A stretch of 62,718 bases of DNA from a virus (taxonomy: Duplodnaviria; Heunggongvirae; Uroviricota; Caudoviricetes): IMG/VR virus record IMGVR_UViG_3300015365_000054, one strand, 5' to 3'. The notes under the pieces were generated by a model. That model was not told the DNA's origin. It made no database searches and saw nothing but the letters and a program-made list of their open reading frames with translations. Made by a program: the position numbers and the translations under genes. This document shows, one piece after another, positions 1 to 9,819 of the stretch. The number at the start of each line of letters is the position of its first letter. The first letter of the stretch is position 1.

Positions 1-468
1 ATTGAAATCTAAAGCTTGATAATACCAAGAAGGATCATCACCACGTTTGATTCTGATAACCTTACCACCCATACGCTGAATGGCTTTTATCTCATTAGGG
101 AATCGAACATCAGCTATGACATATTTTTTGTTCTCTTGCATTCTACGCTCAAGAGAATATATCCAGATGTCTGTGTGAAAAACATCCCTGCATGATTCTG
201 TTCCCATCAATTGTAATGCCATTCTAGGTGAGAATTCCTTATCAAATTTCTTAGACCAAAATGCATCTGGTTGTTCTCTCCATGCCCTAGATTGGATGGT
301 ATCACCTTCTAGTAATTTGCGATCCCATCCAAACACGACAGCAGTTGCATCTTTAACTCCATTAGCAAAGCTTTCTTTGATATACCCATAATCATTAACC
401 AAGATATCAGCAAATGTTCCTTTACCCGAATTAATGAATCCACATAAACCTATAATAGGTACGCTCAT
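1..468 (-). CDS. Deoxynucleoside monophosphate kinase (T4 gp1-like), 3' end truncated by the window
   Basis: Not in the ORF track. Manual translation from ATG at 468 gives MSVPIIGLCGFINSGKGTFAD..ESFANGVKD..SPRMALQLMGTE..VIADVRFPNE, with the P-loop and the R-x-x-LQ-x-x-GT and D-x-RF-x-x-E motifs of phage dNMP kinases. Confidence 0.88.
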   Translation of the reverse strand, partial: MSVPIIGLCGFINSGKGTFADILVNDYGYIKESFANGVKDATAVVFGWDRKLLEGDTIQSRAWREQPDAFWSKKFDKEFSPRMALQLMGTESCRDVFHTDIWIYSLERRMQENKKYVIADVRFPNEIKAIQRMGGKVIRIKRGDDPSWYYQALDFN

Positions 469-482
469 ATATCACCAAAGAA

Positions 483-1394
483 TCAAAGTGTGCCAACATA
501 ATTTGCAATTGCTGGCATATCACCAGTAAATGCATATGTACCAACGTGCTGTGTCTTCATCCAAGGGCACAACCAGATCTTACCACCAATGTTCCTCCAC
601 CACTGACAGAACATATAGTCTTCTGATAGGTATCTATCCGAATATACTTTACCTAAAGCAGATACATCAGAATCAATGAATTTAACAAGATCCTCGTACT
701 TACCATCAGGATTATTCTTCATGTATGCAAGGATTTCGTTTTTGATATTGGCATGTTTGCTATCAATCACTGTATCAAAGTACGCATGAATATAGCGTGT
801 ACCATCAAAATGCACCTGACCACCATGATCTGGCTTATATCGGAATTCAGGATATGCTTCCCTGAATTTAGAGAACACTTCACGCTTCACCATCATCAAA
901 CCTGTTCCAAGCTCAAGAACTTCGATTGGTTCGGCAACGGAGAACTTTTCCAATCCTGGTGCTGGGTTAAACACATAATCACCAACCATCTTTTCCAGTA
1001 GACTGGAATCAATATCAGGATGGCGTTGTACTGCTTGTTTTACATTATGCCATTTGATTGATTTCTTTGGGTATGGAGCACCAACCACATCTTTATCCAG
1101 TGCAAGCATAGCGATAATATCTTTGGGGTCGAAGTGGATATCTGCATCAATGAACAGGAGGTGTGTAAACTCTTCTGCTCTGAGAAATTCGTCTGTTAAA
1201 TAATTTCTGGCTCTTGTAATGAGAGATTCGTTGAAAATAAACGATGATCGACATTCGATCCCATACTTCATACACAAGGTATTTAAGTCCATCATAGACT
1301 TCATGTACATCCCATTAGCCATACCACCATACATTGGGGTGGGCACGAATAGTCTGTTCTTCCTAACGGCTTCCAAGTTGATTTCTAAATTCAT
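483..1394 (-). CDS. GT-A-fold glycosyltransferase-like protein
   Basis: TPMYGG, NESLITRARN, HLLFIDAD (DxD), GTGLMM and YLSEDYMFC motifs. The start is moved to ATG 1394 (MNLEIN) because GGAG lies just upstream. Confidence 0.7.
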   Translation of the reverse strand: MNLEINLEAVRKNRLFVPTPMYGGMANGMYMKSMMDLNTLCMKYGIECRSSFIFNESLITRARNYLTDEFLRAEEFTHLLFIDADIHFDPKDIIAMLALDKDVVGAPYPKKSIKWHNVKQAVQRHPDIDSSLLEKMVGDYVFNPAPGLEKFSVAEPIEVLELGTGLMMVKREVFSKFREAYPEFRYKPDHGGQVHFDGTRYIHAYFDTVIDSKHANIKNEILAYMKNNPDGKYEDLVKFIDSDVSALGKVYSDRYLSEDYMFCQWWRNIGGKIWLCPWMKTQHVGTYAFTGDMPAIANYVGTL

Positions 1395-1410
1395 ATTATT
1401 ACTCCACAAT

Positions 1411-1443
1411 AAAAAAAATGAGACAGTGCAAACCACTGTCTCT
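1411..1443 (-). terminator. Rho-independent terminator downstream of the HTH gene
   Basis: Stem GAGACAGTG/CACTGTCTC with a 5-nt loop, followed on the minus strand by a T-run (A8 on plus). Confidence 0.65.
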
Positions 1444-1533
1444 ATATAGTCAATTCATACACACTTTTATTGTTATATTTTTATTATTATTTTTTGTAGT
1501 AAGCAGATTGCTCATGTGTATGGGAGTGCTTTA

Positions 1534-1821
1534 CTAAGCTGCTCGAATTGCGTCAATGTACAGTTCCTTTCGGGCTGTAGCAATGTTTCCCCTCTTCAAG
1601 TTACCAAGAAATTGCTTGGATGGCTTGGTCAGTTCATATGAGAAACTGATGGTTCCGTCCTTGCGCTTTGCACGAGTTGTGCGAATTGCATGACCTTCAT
1701 TGCGAAGGCGATAGACGAGATCCGATGGATTGTCAACCTTAAACATAGTTTGTACTTGCTTTGTGGTAATGCTCTTACCCTTAGACAAATACTTTAACAA
1801 AGATTCAACTGCTGTTGTCAT
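1534..1821 (-). CDS. Small winged helix-turn-helix DNA-binding protein
   Basis: LLKYLSKGKSIT..F.V.NPSDLVYRLRNEGHAIRT followed by a beta-hairpin wing; GAGG RBS upstream. Confidence 0.65.
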   Translation of the reverse strand: MTTAVESLLKYLSKGKSITTKQVQTMFKVDNPSDLVYRLRNEGHAIRTTRAKRKDGTISFSYELTKPSKQFLGNLKRGNIATARKELYIDAIRAA

Positions 1822-1885
1822 AGATATACCTCTTAAATTTCCCCAATCAATTCATATGAGCTTGGGGATTACTCATTTCGGTGTA

Positions 1886-1914
1886 ATTATACACCAAACA
1901 CACCATTAACGCAA
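1886..1914 (-). promoter_or_regulatory. Sigma70-type (early) promoter for the HTH gene
   Basis: TTGCGT-N17-TATAAT on the minus strand. Confidence 0.6.
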
Positions 1915-1915
1915 A

Positions 1916-3061
1916 TCAGAACGGAGTAACCACCTCTTCCTTATCTGTTGCGGTATTATCAGTCTTGGTTTGATTTTCCAGATTATCAATCTTAGTATAG
2001 AAATCCAAGAAAGCGATTTTCGTATCAGTATCGAACCTGTTCAAGCAATATTCCAATGCTTTCAATTTATCACCAAAAATAACGTATGCCGTGATAATGT
2101 GCACCAATCTACGGGTTGATACAATTTCAGTAACACCACCTTCATCGAATGTGGTGCGAATGATATTCGACCAACGAACAAGATTCTTGATGAATGCTTT
2201 GTCGTTCTTTGTGTCAAGCTTCTTAAAATTGTTTTCCAGAATCTTCACTTCAATGTTTTCTGGTGGATATTCTTGTTCAACAGTGATGGCGAATCTTTCC
2301 AGAAATGCTTCATTCAGAACATTTGTTCCAATGAACCTACCATCATCACTACCCTTACCCTTTGTGTTTGCAGTAGCAATCACATTAAATCCTTTTGCTG
2401 GATGCACAACTTCACCAGTCTTCTTGTCGAAATATGGCTTCCCTTCTAGGATTGGTTGTAGGCAGAGAATATCTTCTGTACCAAGATCAGTTTCATCCAG
2501 CAGCAATACTGCACCACGTCGCATAGCAGTAATTACGGGACCTTCACGGCGAACAGTGTCACCATCAATCAGTTCATAAGAGCCAATTAGATCAGTTTCA
2601 TCTGTACGTTTTGTGATATTTACACGAATGATTTCCCTACCCAAATGGGCACATGCTTGGGTGATCATCATGGTTTTTCCGTTACCGGACATACCAGTAA
2701 CATAGATAGGGTAAAATACCCCAGAAGAGATGATCTTGACCATGCTCTCATAGAACCCGAATCCAACATATGTGGGATCTGTTTCTGGAATGAAATTCTC
2801 ATGGGAGACGATCTTTTTTGGCTGTAAAGCCACGACTTTATTATCAACAGAAGCGACTTGTTCTGATTCTGTATGGAGTGAATACATACCCCTGCCACGC
2901 TTTCGTGATTCATCTCTGAAAATGAAGTATGGCATACTCAACTTGTTTGAGTTGATGTAATCAATGATTTCCTGATTACTCAGGATATCCTTTTTATAGA
3001 AGGAAGAGAGTTTAACTAGAATTTCGGTTTGCTGAACCGGAGTGTACGTGGGTTTACGCAT
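1916..3061 (-). CDS. cobS: CobS/MoxR-like AAA+ ATPase
   Basis: Walker A GMSGNGKT, Walker B LLLDE, ATANTKGKGSDDGRFIGTNVLNEAFLERF and STRRLVHI, typical of the phage 'CobS' family. Confidence 0.88.
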   Translation of the reverse strand: MRKPTYTPVQQTEILVKLSSFYKKDILSNQEIIDYINSNKLSMPYFIFRDESRKRGRGMYSLHTESEQVASVDNKVVALQPKKIVSHENFIPETDPTYVGFGFYESMVKIISSGVFYPIYVTGMSGNGKTMMITQACAHLGREIIRVNITKRTDETDLIGSYELIDGDTVRREGPVITAMRRGAVLLLDETDLGTEDILCLQPILEGKPYFDKKTGEVVHPAKGFNVIATANTKGKGSDDGRFIGTNVLNEAFLERFAITVEQEYPPENIEVKILENNFKKLDTKNDKAFIKNLVRWSNIIRTTFDEGGVTEIVSTRRLVHIITAYVIFGDKLKALEYCLNRFDTDTKIAFLDFYTKIDNLENQTKTDNTATDKEEVVTPF

Positions 3062-3103
3062 ATTTCACCTTAAATAATATAGATAATTCACAATCAAGTC
3101 AAT

Positions 3104-3132
3104 AGTATACACTTACATCAAGAAAAAATCAA
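3104..3132 (-). promoter_or_regulatory. Sigma70-type promoter upstream of cobS
   Basis: TTGATT-N17-TATACT on the minus strand. Confidence 0.55.
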
Positions 3133-3160
3133 CATATAAAACATCAACAAAAACAACAAG

Positions 3161-5476
3161 TTACATACCAACAGACAATTCATCTATGAATCTGGATACT
3201 AATGCCATATTCACCATCTTCTTTTCCTGATTCTTTTTGAAAGCAGTACATACCGAAGCAATTCTGCAATTGTCTTTCAATTTCGAATAATGATCCACTT
3301 CCTGTTTACTCTGCATGACATGGAAGAATCTATCATATCCACGATATTTCGCTCCGTCAACACTCTTTACCAACACAAAACCATCACGGATTTTACTCTT
3401 CACATAGTCATTAACATCACCTTTACCAGTACTGATATATGTATCCGGAATGACTCTTGAATATGATGCTTGCGTATGCATCCTGAATGCAATATGTTTG
3501 CATCCAGTAATCTCAGATACAAATTCAGTTAATTGTTTATCTGGTTGAGAGGTGCTAAAAAGCTTCTTTTTCTGATTAGTAATTCTATCAATCAAAAAGA
3601 ACTGATGATGGCAATTTTCATCGTGTTTGAATTGAGCATTGTTACCCTCACCATCCGTTAAATGCACAACATTTATAATATCACAATTATTTGTCTTTTT
3701 GAATTTATCAATAAGATATCGTGATGCTAGGATGGCTTGTGTTAATGGTGTGTTACCTAAACTAAATCCAGCCGAACCCAATATATGATTCTCTATTTGA
3801 ACTTGGGAGGATTTTTTAGGGTCAGTTGCCACCAATCGCTGTCTAGTCATATCTCTAGCAACAATGGATAGCATACCGAATGCGTCATCGAATTGTTTTT
3901 TACCCATAGATGAACCAATCAAATGAATTAAATCAAAATCACGCCATGACAAGGTACTTCCGTCATATGCCGGAACATGGAATGCGTCTCTGTAGTTTCT
4001 TTCTGATGCATCAGCATGATACACACCGGAGGTAAACCCATACACATCGAACGGGATATTAACCTTCGAACAGAAAGATGATAATACTAACAGTTGATTC
4101 ACAGTATCAGCAAAGATGTCTAACATAGAGCCAGACATATCCAAAAATACAATCATACCATGGCTCTTACCACTATAAGTAACATCCATCTTCTTGAAGA
4201 TATCCGATGAATATTTGTATTGGTGTAATTTATTCATATCCAATTCACCAACAGGTGATTGGTGTGTTCTTGCATATTCCTTTGCTCGCTTCTTCATATT
4301 AAATTGTTGTACATATTGTGATACGATCTTATCGTTTTTATTCTTGAAATGGGCAATAGCCTGTTTCACAACCATTGGATATGTTACATTGCGACGTATA
4401 ATAGAACTAGATACTACTTTAATAAAATTCTTGGTGAATTTTTCATTGGTTATCACAGCGTTTTTATATACCAGTTCAGGAAAGTATGCAATACCAACAG
4501 GTCTGGTATTGGAGCATAATTCCTTTTCCATTCTACGGAATGATTCATCTGTGATAGATGCGATGTTTCGATAATCATCTGGCGTGTCAATATTACCAAA
4601 GTTATCAGCACCATCATCGTTTTCGTCATCGTTTTCATCATCGGAATCAGTAGATTCGTCATCTGACTTCCCATCACCGGACGAAGAACCTGATCTATCA
4701 TGATCACCAGAGTCATCTGATTTGGATGGTTCATCATCAGAATCACTTTCTTCATCTGTGATATCTATTACTCGTGGAGTGTCATCTTCGATGAAATTAC
4801 CGCAGAAATCACCATCAAGAGATATGAAATCACTTAGATACGGCATATTTCTTCTTTTGGATTCCATTGCATACGTGTACAATTCAGTCGCAATGTTAAC
4901 GGCATCTTCCCATGTTCGCATCTCCCGAATAGCAGCCAAAAAACGACGTTCGTTTCGCCTAAAGGGTATTTCGTGCGTAACTTCGGAAAATGTATGTGAC
5001 ATCTTGAAATAGACATTAATTCTATCAATTAATGGCAAATGTTTATTGATATCACCCACACCAAAGAAACCACGTTCCCATAAGATATTGTATCCGGCAC
5101 TGAATTGCCTAGCCATGCCGCTATATTTGTTTTTGATCAATTTTTCAATGCGAACATCTTCTATGATGTTCAGGTATGACTTGAACACTTTGTTATATTT
5201 TTTACCACGAACAACAATACTATTGTTATCCACAATAGATGTTAATGCGGAATGCCAGCCTTCGGGTGGCGTATACAAAGCATGACCAACTTCATGTGCC
5301 ATGAAGAGATCATATAGTTCATTTTCCATATCAGCCCACATTGGGCAAGACAGCACTCTGGTATTAACATCAAATGATGCCGTATCCATATTGGAATTGA
5401 AATGGACTGAGATATTCTCGGCAGAAAGCAGTTTTGCCAGAGTAGTTTTAGTTTTTACATTGAACTTAGTAGACAT
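3161..5476 (-). CDS. CobT-like protein: N-terminal HEXXH metallopeptidase-like domain, acidic linker and C-terminal vWA domain
   Basis: HEVGHALYT and NIIEDVRIE; D/S/E-rich spacer; MIDAS FLDMSGSM...NTPL...LTDGE; adjacent to the MoxR-type ATPase. Confidence 0.8.
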   Translation of the reverse strand: MSTKFNVKTKTTLAKLLSAENISVHFNSNMDTASFDVNTRVLSCPMWADMENELYDLFMAHEVGHALYTPPEGWHSALTSIVDNNSIVVRGKKYNKVFKSYLNIIEDVRIEKLIKNKYSGMARQFSAGYNILWERGFFGVGDINKHLPLIDRINVYFKMSHTFSEVTHEIPFRRNERRFLAAIREMRTWEDAVNIATELYTYAMESKRRNMPYLSDFISLDGDFCGNFIEDDTPRVIDITDEESDSDDEPSKSDDSGDHDRSGSSSGDGKSDDESTDSDDENDDENDDGADNFGNIDTPDDYRNIASITDESFRRMEKELCSNTRPVGIAYFPELVYKNAVITNEKFTKNFIKVVSSSIIRRNVTYPMVVKQAIAHFKNKNDKIVSQYVQQFNMKKRAKEYARTHQSPVGELDMNKLHQYKYSSDIFKKMDVTYSGKSHGMIVFLDMSGSMLDIFADTVNQLLVLSSFCSKVNIPFDVYGFTSGVYHADASERNYRDAFHVPAYDGSTLSWRDFDLIHLIGSSMGKKQFDDAFGMLSIVARDMTRQRLVATDPKKSSQVQIENHILGSAGFSLGNTPLTQAILASRYLIDKFKKTNNCDIINVVHLTDGEGNNAQFKHDENCHHQFFLIDRITNQKKKLFSTSQPDKQLTEFVSEITGCKHIAFRMHTQASYSRVIPDTYISTGKGDVNDYVKSKIRDGFVLVKSVDGAKYRGYDRFFHVMQSKQEVDHYSKLKDNCRIASVCTAFKKNQEKKMVNMALVSRFIDELSVGM

Positions 5477-5500
5477 AACAATACCTCAGTTGATTGTGGT

Positions 5501-5529
5501 ATTCTACAGCCTAAATATCAAGTTGTAAA
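5501..5529 (-). promoter_or_regulatory. Sigma70-type promoter upstream of the vWA gene
   Basis: TTTACA-N17-TAGAAT on the minus strand. Confidence 0.55.
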
Positions 5530-5559
5530 GCTTTTTATTTTCCCAATATAATCAATAAG

Positions 5560-6123
5560 TTACAATCTACCAGCTCGTTTTAGCTTCTTTAGATTGGTTT
5601 TTACTTTGCGTTTTGCTATATCCAATTTAATTGGGCTGATCTTATCAGTAAAAACAACCCCATCCAAGTGATCAATTTCGTGTTGTAACACAACAGCAGT
5701 AAGTCCGTCAAATTCCTTTATCACTTCCTGACCACCAGCTGCTTGAAATCTTACCCTGATGTGCTCTGGTCTATTGAGAGTTAAGTATAAACCGGGGAAG
5801 GTAAGACATCCTTCTCTAAATTTTGATGTTGTGGTGGATGATTCTATCACATATGGATTGAACAATACCCACAACTCTTCCCCCATGTTTACTGCGCATG
5901 CACGATGCTCCAATCCAACTTGATTGGCGGATAAACCCAAACCACCAAGTTGATCCAGCGTTTTCGTCAATGAATACATTATATGATTGATGAAATCTGT
6001 TTTCGCTGTAGTGAAATCGATGTCTTTTGTTGGTGTCCTTAATATCGGATCATTTGGTTCAACCAATTTCAGGATTTCATATTCTATCAAATCGCCATTT
6101 TTATACATTACCTGTTTGTTCAT
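5560..6123 (-). CDS. def: Peptide deformylase
   Basis: All three PDF motifs are present: GLGLSANQVG, EGCLT and QHEIDHLDG. Confidence 0.95.
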   Translation of the reverse strand: MNKQVMYKNGDLIEYEILKLVEPNDPILRTPTKDIDFTTAKTDFINHIMYSLTKTLDQLGGLGLSANQVGLEHRACAVNMGEELWVLFNPYVIESSTTTSKFREGCLTFPGLYLTLNRPEHIRVRFQAAGGQEVIKEFDGLTAVVLQHEIDHLDGVVFTDKISPIKLDIAKRKVKTNLKKLKRAGRL

Positions 6124-6124
6124 A

Positions 6125-7834
6125 TTACTTCATCCTCTGTGAGAAATTCTTCACTTTAGCAAATTTAATCACATCATTAAACTTATCCACCATCTGATCT
6201 TTCTTATGGCTTATTACAAATAAATTGGTATCAGCACCCAATGATGAAAGTATAGATAATAGATCATCTGTTCCTGTTGCATCCAGACTACCATCAAACA
6301 CTTCATCGAATATAAGCAGATTGGTATTAGCACTGTTCTTTAGTTTCGCAACACTTCTCCAAGCAAACAATATAGCCAAGTTGAGTCTAGCTTTCTCGCC
6401 CTCAGAGAAATTTTCATAACTGAAATCATCTCTATGCCTAGACTTAATAGATTCCTTGAATTCTTCATCTAATGTGAAATTCACAAAGAAATTCATGGAA
6501 TTTAAATACTTATTAACTAATTTGTTTATTATGGGTATATATTGCTTGATTATTTTAGCTTTAATACCACCATCTTTTAATAGCTGCGCGATGATATCAT
6601 AATGTTGTTGATCTGATAAGATTTGTTTTTTCTGTTCTATCAGTGCATTTAATTCATCTTCGAATACGTTTAGTTGTGTCTCTTCCTGCATATTAGAAGC
6701 AAAAACCTCTTCGATATACGCAATAGAACTCACTAACGTTTCTATCTGTTTCTTTATGTGTGATGCTGCCGTATTATTGGCTACCATCTTTTCTCTCAAT
6801 GAGGAAAGGGATATCCCATGCAGTGCAATCTCATGTATTCTTTTATTGAGAGTGTCTATCTCTTTCCGCAAATCACTCAACCCCGATTCCAGAGTAGCTA
6901 ATTTCTCCGTACATGCAGTCAATAACTCTTCTTTGTTGTGTATTTCTTGTTTACAGGTAGGACATTCGGGTTTTGTGTTGTAGTACTCTATATCATCCTT
7001 TATTTTTTGTATATTGCTTTCTATCTTGGCTTCATATTTCGACATTGTTACTAACTTATTATTAGTTGGGGCTTCGTCTGAAATATGTTGTAGTAGAGCC
7101 TCACGCTCAGAAACCATTAATTTAAATTCTTCTTCCAGCACAGAAAGATTTGCTTTATTATCTTCTAATTCCTTCTTTCTCTTGGTTACGAGATCCAATC
7201 CATTCTTATTCATGCTATCCACATGCTTTTTATGCAAATCCATTTTCTCCTGCGCAGCTGATATTTGCACTGCTAAAGTACTCAGGGAATCTTTTGCTGC
7301 GCTTATTTTAGCCTTCACCACATTATTCATTGAACTGAATATTTGAATATCCAATAGGTTTTCAATAACAGTCCTTCTATCGGCGGCAGATAACTGCATA
7401 AATGGTATGAAGTTTGTTGATCCAAGTATAACTATCTGGCTGAATGCATGATAGTTCATCTTCAATACCAACTTCTCGAAGTTCTCTTGGTAGTCCTTTG
7501 ATTTGGATTCCTGATTAACAAGCATACCATTACAATATATTTCAAATATATTTGGCTTTATACCACGCACTACCTTATAGGTTTTATTTGATATAGAAAA
7601 TTCAATCTCAACCACACAATCTTTACCATTAACCGAATTGACTAATTGCGGCTTGTTGATGTTTCTGAATGGCTTACCGAATAGAGCAAATGTGATAGCA
7701 TCCAAGAATGTGGATTTTCCAGCACCATTCTCCCCAACAATTAGTGTTGTTGGATGTTCATTCAATTTTATCTCAGTAAAAACATTACCTGTTGATAGGA
7801 AATTTTTATATCGTACAGTCTCAAATATCAGCAT
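6125..7834 (-). CDS. gp46: Recombination ATPase subunit, SbcC/Rad50-like
   Basis: GENGAGKS, coiled coil with CPTC zinc hook, FSEGE signature and LIFDEVFD. Confidence 0.95.
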   Translation of the reverse strand: MLIFETVRYKNFLSTGNVFTEIKLNEHPTTLIVGENGAGKSTFLDAITFALFGKPFRNINKPQLVNSVNGKDCVVEIEFSISNKTYKVVRGIKPNIFEIYCNGMLVNQESKSKDYQENFEKLVLKMNYHAFSQIVILGSTNFIPFMQLSAADRRTVIENLLDIQIFSSMNNVVKAKISAAKDSLSTLAVQISAAQEKMDLHKKHVDSMNKNGLDLVTKRKKELEDNKANLSVLEEEFKLMVSEREALLQHISDEAPTNNKLVTMSKYEAKIESNIQKIKDDIEYYNTKPECPTCKQEIHNKEELLTACTEKLATLESGLSDLRKEIDTLNKRIHEIALHGISLSSLREKMVANNTAASHIKKQIETLVSSIAYIEEVFASNMQEETQLNVFEDELNALIEQKKQILSDQQHYDIIAQLLKDGGIKAKIIKQYIPIINKLVNKYLNSMNFFVNFTLDEEFKESIKSRHRDDFSYENFSEGEKARLNLAILFAWRSVAKLKNSANTNLLIFDEVFDGSLDATGTDDLLSILSSLGADTNLFVISHKKDQMVDKFNDVIKFAKVKNFSQRMK

Positions 7835-7852
7835 TATTTAACCACATCATTA

Positions 7853-8917
7853 TCATTCTGCTCCCATTACCATAGCTTCATTGTAAATGCCACGAATAAT
7901 ACTCTTTATAGTTTCGGTTTTAACTGGAAGAGTCAACCCATCAACGTATTTGGACAATATGGTTAAGGTATCTTCTTCCTGATCAATATCATCGGTATTT
8001 ATACCATTATCTGAGTAGTCTATAAAGTTTTCTACCACAGAAAGCTCCAACGGATTATGTTTAGATAGACAATCGAGGAACGTATCAAACTTGAATGGAT
8101 CGCTTCTGTTATCGACTATTATCTTGATGTGTTTATCTTCAATATTCGAATACTTTGCGTTCATGATATCATTATACGATAGCTTCGTATCATCATACTT
8201 AATTTTATAGAACATCCTATATGGATTTTTTATAAATGTTAGTGAATAGTCATCCGTATCGAATATGTGGAATCCTTTTTCGTCGTTATAATCTGCCCAA
8301 GTATGCTCTGATGGTGTACCAACATAAGTGATGTTGCCCTGTGAACTCTTGTGGTGGAAATGTCCACTCAATACCTTCTTATAGTTCTTGAGTATGTTAT
8401 GATCCATTCCGGTATAACAAACATTCCCTCTATCCATTTCAAATCCGGATATCTCAAAATGACCAATACATAACGGAGATGTGCTCTTTGATATTAAGTC
8501 CATTGTCGCTTGCTCATTATCAGCACATATCCAAGGAATAATATCTATTCCATATTTCCATGTTGTTGGTGTGTCGAATATAGTGATATTGTCGTATTCT
8601 TTTAGAAGTAAAGATGGGGAATTTACTTCTAATGTGTTCTTAAAATAAACATCATGATTTCCCAGCAATGTATAGAATTGTATATTCTCTTTTTTCAGGA
8701 CATCAAAGAAATATTTCCTACACAATGCCAATGAATTGAAATTGATATACTTGCGCCTATCAAACAAATCTCCAGTCTGAAATACTTCTGTTATGTTATG
8801 TTTTTTTAGATACGGAAAAAATATATTACTGTAGAATTCTTTGAAGTTGGCATGAAAAGCATAACTATCGGATCTTACAGAAAAATGAGTATCACCTAAT
8901 ATTGCTATTTTCGTCAT
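7853..8917 (-). CDS. gp47: Recombination nuclease subunit, Mre11/SbcD-like
   Basis: GDTH, GDLFDRRK, GNHD and SGHFH metallophosphoesterase motifs. Likely start is MTKIAIL. Confidence 0.95.
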   Translation of the reverse strand: MTKIAILGDTHFSVRSDSYAFHANFKEFYSNIFFPYLKKHNITEVFQTGDLFDRRKYINFNSLALCRKYFFDVLKKENIQFYTLLGNHDVYFKNTLEVNSPSLLLKEYDNITIFDTPTTWKYGIDIIPWICADNEQATMDLISKSTSPLCIGHFEISGFEMDRGNVCYTGMDHNILKNYKKVLSGHFHHKSSQGNITYVGTPSEHTWADYNDEKGFHIFDTDDYSLTFIKNPYRMFYKIKYDDTKLSYNDIMNAKYSNIEDKHIKIIVDNRSDPFKFDTFLDCLSKHNPLELSVVENFIDYSDNGINTDDIDQEEDTLTILSKYVDGLTLPVKTETIKSIIRGIYNEAMVMGAE

Positions 8918-9281
8918 CAGCCACCCCATAGGTCAAATCATCATTAATCTCCACGACATACACACCAGCTGCTTTGCATATATCAACCATATTCTTAGTG
9001 CCCTTACCACCCTTAAATGCAATGAGAATATCTATACCATGATTTAGCATTTCTCTATTGCGTATATACCCAGCTGCTCTACCATATTGAGTCCAATCCG
9101 CTGGGAATTTTTCATATCGCACATTATTGGTTTTAGCCCAATCCAATGCCAACGTATCAGCTCCTGTTGCCGCACCTGATATGAGAATAAAATCTCTATT
9201 ACGTGCAACAAAATCTAGGACTTCTCCTACCTTTTTCCTATTGAAATAATCCCTTCCACCACATACACATAGTCTTACCAT
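8892..9281 (-). CDS. SLOG-superfamily protein (YspA/DUF2493-like)
   Basis: CGGRDY, ISGAATGAD, PADW..YGRAAGYIRNREM and GGKGTKNM. Confidence 0.85.
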   Translation of the reverse strand: MVRLCVCGGRDYFNRKKVGEVLDFVARNRDFILISGAATGADTLALDWAKTNNVRYEKFPADWTQYGRAAGYIRNREMLNHGIDILIAFKGGKGTKNMVDICKAAGVYVVEINDDLTYGVADDENSNIR

Positions 9282-9811
9282 TAGAGATCATCCACCGTTT
9301 TATTCACAGAAGTTTTTGTCTTTTTTTCTGCTATTGTCTTTTCGAAATTTTCAACAAAGAGTGCTATATTATCGTATACTTCAAATTGCTTATATGTACC
9401 ATCATCACCCATAGCATCAGATGTCTCGTATTCTTCTAATATACCAATGGCAATTGTGGATTTGTATTTCACATATAATTGTTTCTTTTCTTTCTTTATC
9501 CTTCTGAGAAACGCATTATATACTGTTTGGGTGAAATATGCGAATGGATTGGATGATCTGATTGGGTCAAAACTATCGGCATACATTACGCAATTTTCGA
9601 CGGCATCCGCAATCATTTCATCCCTGAATGTATATGATAGGAAATTTGGTTTGTGTGATAACTTTTCTGCAATCATCATGAAGCACTTACCAACGTATTC
9701 CGGTAATTTTGGTTTTGGTAAATTTTCTTCTTCTGCTTTTTTAACTGCCTGTTTGTATGCGATCAGCTCTTTCAGGAAATCTTTATTATTAATATAAAAT
9801 GGTTTTGCCAT
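9281..9811 (-). CDS. gp55: Late-transcription sigma factor
   Basis: YINNKDFL, LSHKPNFLSYTFRDEMIADAVENC and NPFAYFTQ..AFLRRIKKEKKQ. Likely start is MAKPFY, with GAGG RBS. Confidence 0.93.
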   Translation of the reverse strand: MAKPFYINNKDFLKELIAYKQAVKKAEEENLPKPKLPEYVGKCFMMIAEKLSHKPNFLSYTFRDEMIADAVENCVMYADSFDPIRSSNPFAYFTQTVYNAFLRRIKKEKKQLYVKYKSTIAIGILEEYETSDAMGDDGTYKQFEVYDNIALFVENFEKTIAEKKTKTSVNKTVDDL

Positions 9812-9819
9812 ATCAATCC

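Noticed and set aside
4600-4760. TCATC-rich low-complexity tract
   Set aside because: It encodes the Asp/Ser/Glu linker of the CobT-like protein.
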